Shown in pieces: positions 35,885 through 39,870 of a stretch of 39,870 bases of DNA. The notes under the pieces were generated by a model. The model worked only from the letters and a program-made list of their open reading frames with translations, was not told the origin of the DNA and did no database searches. The position numbers and the translations under genes are program-made. The first letter of the stretch is position 1, and each line of letters opens with the position of its first letter. This stretch comes from a virus (lineage: Duplodnaviria; Heunggongvirae; Uroviricota; Caudoviricetes), in the IMG/VR virus record IMGVR_UViG_2734482574_000014; one strand, written 5' to 3'.

Positions 35885-37972
35885 TCAGGCCAGCGGATCA
35901 CTTTCTTTTAATTTCGCTTCGAGCAGTTGCAATCCCCGCTGGAAATTACGCTCGTATTCTTCATCAGGTTCATCGTCAGCGACCGGTTGCTGAACGGTCA
36001 CCGTATTACCCACAGGGCGGTATATGTTTTCCAGCCAGGGCTCCTGCGGCTTGTGCTCCAGCACGTTGACAACCTCATCCTCGGCATCACGGATTTTTTC
36101 CTCTGCGCGTTTACGCATGCCTTTAAGGCGCTGCTGCTGTTTGTAGTATTCCGCGCTGACAGGGAAGGCTTCGCGTTTATTGCCGTCCCATACCGCCTCG
36201 CAAATCACGCTGCCATCCGGGCGGCGCACGGTAATTCGTTCGGCATCATGAATGTCATAGCTGATAAGTACCTTACGGCCATGCTCGTCACGCAGCTCGG
36301 GCGCGTAGTAAATATTATTCAGCCAGCGTATTTCACAGCGTCTTACAGGGCGCTCCACCATCGGCCGGAACATATCCCGCAGTTCAACATCGGACAGCCA
36401 TTCAATTTCCGTGTCCTCTTCCGCCAGGCGTTTTTTTCTGAACTCCGCCGGGCTGTAATGTTTACCGTTCGGCTTCATGGGTAATTCATCGTGCGGCCGG
36501 TTGTTGTACCACTCAACACCGTCACGAATGGCATCAATCAGTTCAGACCAGGACGGTAAATCACGCATCGCTGACTGCTGCCGGGCGTTCAGCCGTTTGC
36601 CCTGTTGCAGGGCACTGAATGCCGAGCGTAAATCGCGGTTGGTTTTACGTAACGTCTCGCGATCTGCTCCTTTCCCGAAATAGGTGCGGTATTTACGGGC
36701 TATGCGCATCGGTAATGTGCGGTTAAGCCGTTCGATAATGCCCCGTCCCTGCGGATTACCGGCAATCCCTGTCGGGTGATTAATCCCCAGTCGTGGCAGT
36801 ATCCCCACAATCTCCTTATCCAGGACGTCGGCGGTTTCCCCGGAGCCATTATCCGAGTAATACAGAAACGGTTTGCCATGATGGCGAATACCGTGCTGTA
36901 TGGCACCGGCTACGGCGAAAACATTTTCAGCCAGGTCAAGGCTCCAGCCCACCACAAAGCGCGTGCCACCGTCGATAACAAAGGTCACTTCCGGTGCGAA
37001 TGGCCGCCCGTGAACCGGGTGCGCGCATTTCAGCTTCATGCCGTGACCGTCACCAATCCAGACATAATTCACCGGCATTCTGGACCAGTCGCGGCGCGTG
37101 AATCCCTCAAGCTGACGGTATTCACTGCCAGTTACCCGGCCTTTTTGTTTCACCACTTCCGGCAGTTTCTTCATTGCGCGGCGAATGGTGTCATAAGAGG
37201 GCATGATATCGAGCATATAAGGCTCATCAGCGTGCCGGTGCTGCCATTCAGCAACAAAATCCTCGTAAGCCTCGGTCATTGGTCGGCCGTTTGACTGGCG
37301 ATACTGCGCCAGAAATTCGGGCAGCCAGTTAATATCTTCGGCTTTTATTTCCTGGCGTTTACCCGGTGCCAGTAAAAGCAGGCGTTCAGCGGCGTTCTGT
37401 GCCTTGTTAAAGGCCGCAATCCAGCGTTTCAGCGTGATTTCACTCAACGCGCGGCTGTTTCCCTTTTTGGCGTTCGCCGTCTCAACCATTGCCACAATGC
37501 GCTCGTCCAGTTGTGATCGTGCCAGGCTGTTAACGAGGAACCGGATAGCTTTAGCGCAGCTGAAACCGGGTTGTTGCGTGAATTTCAGCACCTCACTGAC
37601 GATCGCAATGCGTGCGTCTGCCACCTGGCGCTGGTTTTCAGTCAGGGCATTGAGGCGTTCGACCATCAGTTGTGGTGATCCGCGATATGCCTCCACCGCA
37701 TCAACCACGGCAGACGAGCGTCTGGCCTTTGTCACCACCGGAGCCGGTGATTCATCGGCTTTTTGCGTCATCAGTTGCAGGGCATAACGTTCGCGTAATG
37801 CCTGCTGTGTCACTTCAGGTAAACAGTCAATGCTGTATTCAAAACCTTTAGCGCCTTTCTTGCGGCGTCTGCTGGTTTCGCTGGTTGCATACTTCCTGAT
37901 TGAATAGCGAACGCCTTGCTCCGTTCCCGGCATCCCCGGTAATCCAACCAGTTCTTTAACTGAAGCAAACAT
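35885..37972 (-). CDS. A: MuA-like DDE transposase
   Basis: 695 aa; position between ner and B. Confidence 0.9.
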   Translation of the reverse strand: MFASVKELVGLPGMPGTEQGVRYSIRKYATSETSRRRKKGAKGFEYSIDCLPEVTQQALRERYALQLMTQKADESPAPVVTKARRSSAVVDAVEAYRGSPQLMVERLNALTENQRQVADARIAIVSEVLKFTQQPGFSCAKAIRFLVNSLARSQLDERIVAMVETANAKKGNSRALSEITLKRWIAAFNKAQNAAERLLLLAPGKRQEIKAEDINWLPEFLAQYRQSNGRPMTEAYEDFVAEWQHRHADEPYMLDIMPSYDTIRRAMKKLPEVVKQKGRVTGSEYRQLEGFTRRDWSRMPVNYVWIGDGHGMKLKCAHPVHGRPFAPEVTFVIDGGTRFVVGWSLDLAENVFAVAGAIQHGIRHHGKPFLYYSDNGSGETADVLDKEIVGILPRLGINHPTGIAGNPQGRGIIERLNRTLPMRIARKYRTYFGKGADRETLRKTNRDLRSAFSALQQGKRLNARQQSAMRDLPSWSELIDAIRDGVEWYNNRPHDELPMKPNGKHYSPAEFRKKRLAEEDTEIEWLSDVELRDMFRPMVERPVRRCEIRWLNNIYYAPELRDEHGRKVLISYDIHDAERITVRRPDGSVICEAVWDGNKREAFPVSAEYYKQQQRLKGMRKRAEEKIRDAEDEVVNVLEHKPQEPWLENIYRPVGNTVTVQQPVADDEPDEEYERNFQRGLQLLEAKLKESDPLA

Positions 37973-37974
37973 AA

Positions 37975-38205
37975 TTACGCGACCTTACGAATGTAGCGGC
38001 TGGGCCAAATCTCCTCGGGCGGCACCCCCAGGCATTCCGCGATAATCCCCTCATACTTGGGAACATGGCGGTATACCGCGTTGTACAGATTGTTCTGACC
38101 CACGCCAGCTTTACGGGCCAGCGCCCTCATGCTTCCTTCTCTGGCTCTGACTTCCCCCAAAATTCTTTGAGGATGCCAATCAGGCTTAACTTCATTTCTC
38201 GCCAT
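37975..38205 (-). CDS. ner: Ner-like DNA-binding regulator
   Basis: Similar to Mu Ner as recalled (…DWH…ALSRQ/ALARK…WP(K)…IIA…EIWPSRY). Confidence 0.85.
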   Translation of the reverse strand: MARNEVKPDWHPQRILGEVRAREGSMRALARKAGVGQNNLYNAVYRHVPKYEGIIAECLGVPPEEIWPSRYIRKVA

Positions 38206-38390
38206 GATTCATCTATCCTAAAAAGTTACGAAATTTGATAACTAAACTTAGTTATCAAGTTTGATATAAGTATTGATCCACTTCTGCTTCATGTAAAGCA
38301 AAAAAAACATCTTTCTTTTGTCTATTGTGGATCAATGGTTGCTGACAACACTAAAAGTTAATAATTTCAAATTGATAGGAAGAAAAGAAA
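38206..38390. promoter_or_regulatory. operator / divergent promoter region between repressor and ner
   Basis: Palindrome GATAACTAA-AC-TTAGTTATC (38237-38256); inverted pair ATTGATCCAC (38272-38281) / GTGGATCAAT (38327-38336); AT-rich. Confidence 0.6.
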
Positions 38391-38936
38391 ATGAACAAGC
38401 AAACAACAACATCTCTTTCTTTTCCTGGTGGTAGAAAAGAAAGCATTGCTGAGCGTCTGAAAAGGCTGATTGGCTCCCGCAGCGTCAGAGCTGCAGCAAG
38501 AGATTGGGGGCTTTCATTTTCAACACTAAACAATTATCTGTCTCGTGGCACTGAGCCATCCTTAAGTGTCGCCCTTCAGATTGCGTCTATCGAAGGAGTA
38601 AGTGTTGAGTGGCTATGTGGATTCAGTGATGCATCACAAGTGAATCGGTGTGAGATCAAGGAAAATCAAGATGAAAGCAAGAAGATAATTATGACGATTA
38701 TCAGCGCACTTGATGAAAAAGACTTAGAGCAGCTATCGAAAAATTTGGTTCTGAATGGAGCCAAGTACTTAGCTCGGTTGTTAGAGCCTGAAAATCAAGA
38801 TCTAATCCGCTTAGAAGGAAGGAAAAGAATAGCTGCATTACAGCTTGAAGGTATGTCTGACGAACGCGTCAGAGAGATTTTGGAAGAAACTGAGAGAAGT
38901 CGCAAATCTAACGCGGTAGAACCAAAAGCGGGTTAA
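38391..38936 (+). CDS. prophage repressor (c-like), N-terminal HTH
   Basis: Divergent from ner-A-B; AGGAAG RBS; HTH-like segment ...AARDWGLSFSTLNNYLSRG... Confidence 0.7.
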   Translation: MNKQTTTSLSFPGGRKESIAERLKRLIGSRSVRAAARDWGLSFSTLNNYLSRGTEPSLSVALQIASIEGVSVEWLCGFSDASQVNRCEIKENQDESKKIIMTIISALDEKDLEQLSKNLVLNGAKYLARLLEPENQDLIRLEGRKRIAALQLEGMSDERVREILEETERSRKSNAVEPKAG

Positions 38937-39010
38937 TAGCATTAGCCCGCATTTTGCACTATATCGAGTATTTCGCATTGTTTGGAACGCCTTAAAAGAC
39001 TAAAACCACA

Positions 39011-39174
39011 GTATCAAATGAGTTGCCGATTTTATAATAAATGACTAATTATTGCACAATCGGTATCAAATAGACCTTATCCGCACATCTAGCCATCACC
39101 TGTTTTATTTCAGTATCTTACAGGTGATTTCACCTCCTTTCACTAAACCCCTTGTCGGTATCAAATGATTCACC
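39011..39174. repeat. Prophage left end (attL side): three GTATCAAA(T) motifs at 39011-39019, 39063-39071, 39158-39166 (candidate L3, L2, L1)
   Basis: Reverse complement of right-end motifs; spacing pattern (one terminal, two internal) as in Mu attL. Confidence 0.6.
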
Positions 39175-39493
39175 TGGTTATATGTCGCCAGTCGATACCT
39201 TCCAGCAGCATCGCCAGCTGCGCCTGTGTAAGGAACACTTTGCCATCACGGGCTGACGGCCAGGCGAAGCGCCCACGCTCCAGCCGTTTGGTCAGGAGGC
39301 ACAGTCCGTCACTGGTGGACCACAGCAGTTTAACCTGACTGCCGCTGCGGCCCCGGAAAATGAAAACATGGCCGGACATGGGATCGTCTTTCAGCGCCGT
39401 CTGTACTTTCGCAGCCAGGCCGTTGAAGCCATTTCTCATATCGGTGATACCGGCAACCAGCCAAATTTTGATCCCGGAAGGTAACGGGATCAT
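39170..39493 (-). CDS. tnpB: IS66-family accessory protein TnpB (orf2)
   Basis: Product ...LVAGITDMRNGFNGLAAKV...HVFIFRGRSGSQVKLLWSTSDGLCLLTKRLERGRF typical of IS66 orf2; stop codon abuts or lies within prophage terminal repeat. Confidence 0.85.
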   Translation of the reverse strand: MIPLPSGIKIWLVAGITDMRNGFNGLAAKVQTALKDDPMSGHVFIFRGRSGSQVKLLWSTSDGLCLLTKRLERGRFAWPSARDGKVFLTQAQLAMLLEGIDWRHITR

Positions 39494-39870
39494 CGCTTCA
39501 GTTCCTGTATCAGCAGAGTCAGGAGCTTTTCGCTGACATTGCCATTGAAGCGGAGCGTCCCGTGCCGGAACGTTACCTCACAGCTGATACTGAGGGTTTT
39601 CGGGTCCTCTGCGAGCGATTCTGGCTGTTCGGCAGCTGCATCGAGAGTCACAGGAAGTAGCTGGGGGCTCTCTGAAGAAGGTAATAGCAGCTTTCCCTCG
39701 CGCCATTGTTGTCGCCATTTGAACAACAGATTGGCGTTAATGCCATTTTCAAGAGCAAGTTTTGAGATGGATATCCCGGGTTCACAGGAGGCAGCAACGA
39801 GCTGCTGTTTAAATTCGGGAGGATAATTAGGGCAGCCTTTTCGCCTGCCGGGAGTCACATTTTTCTGCAT
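39490..39870 (-). CDS. tnpA: IS66-family TnpA (orf1); start at window edge
   Basis: Small HTH protein overlapping tnpB start (ATGA-type coupling), typical IS66 orf1 arrangement. Confidence 0.8.
   Translation of the reverse strand: MQKNVTPGRRKGCPNYPPEFKQQLVAASCEPGISISKLALENGINANLLFKWRQQWREGKLLLPSSESPQLLPVTLDAAAEQPESLAEDPKTLSISCEVTFRHGTLRFNGNVSEKLLTLLIQELKR

Larger units (their letters stand above)
556..39174 (-). mobile_element. Mu-like transposable prophage, apparently complete (c-ner-A-B ... head/tail ... invertible fibre segment-gin-com-mom), reverse orientation in window; end coordinates approximate
   Basis: Gene content and order match Mu-type phages (Ner, MuA-like, MuB-like, Gam, GemA, Mor/C, SAR endolysin, portal, F, G, I, T, sheath, tube, tape measure, N, baseplate, S/U, Gin, Com/Mom); inverted terminal motif clusters at both ends. 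Confidence 0.85.

Noticed and set aside
540-39180. 5-bp target-site duplication flanking the prophage ends
   Set aside because: Bases next to the inferred termini (around 553-557 and 39171-39180) do not match in any register tried; exact termini are uncertain, so this is reported as absent rather than proven absent.

Overview
The window is essentially one Mu-like transposable prophage of about 38.6 kb (roughly 556..39174), lying in reverse orientation and flanked by the two halves of a disrupted IS66-family insertion sequence. All calls are from reading the sequence and the supplied ORF track by eye; no searches or alignments were run, so family names rest on remembered motifs and on Mu-like gene order. 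The immunity/transposition end is at high coordinates (repressor 38391..38936 +, then ner, A, B on the minus strand). The rest runs leftward on the minus strand: a variable early region with Gam and a GemA-like gene, one Mor/C-family activator, a lysis cassette (SAR endolysin, embedded spanins), terminase, portal, head and contractile-tail genes, an invertible tail-fibre segment with a Gin-family invertase, and com/mom at the right end. IS66 tnpA and tnpB sit at 39170..39870 and only the 3' third of tnpC at 1..459, with no target duplication seen. The most interesting items are: (1) a compact ~1.3 kb invertible tail-fibre switch with gix-like sites, ~125 bp inverted repeats and only one chaperone gene; (2) a ~3.4 kb cargo insertion between gin and com/mom carrying a 684-aa SGNH/SASA-type esterase and two small genes; (3) an AT-rich island in the early region with convergent overlapping small genes and an untracked zinc-ribbon ORF; (4) a truncated paralogue of the small terminase C-terminus. 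No CRISPR array, rRNA or complete tRNA was seen.
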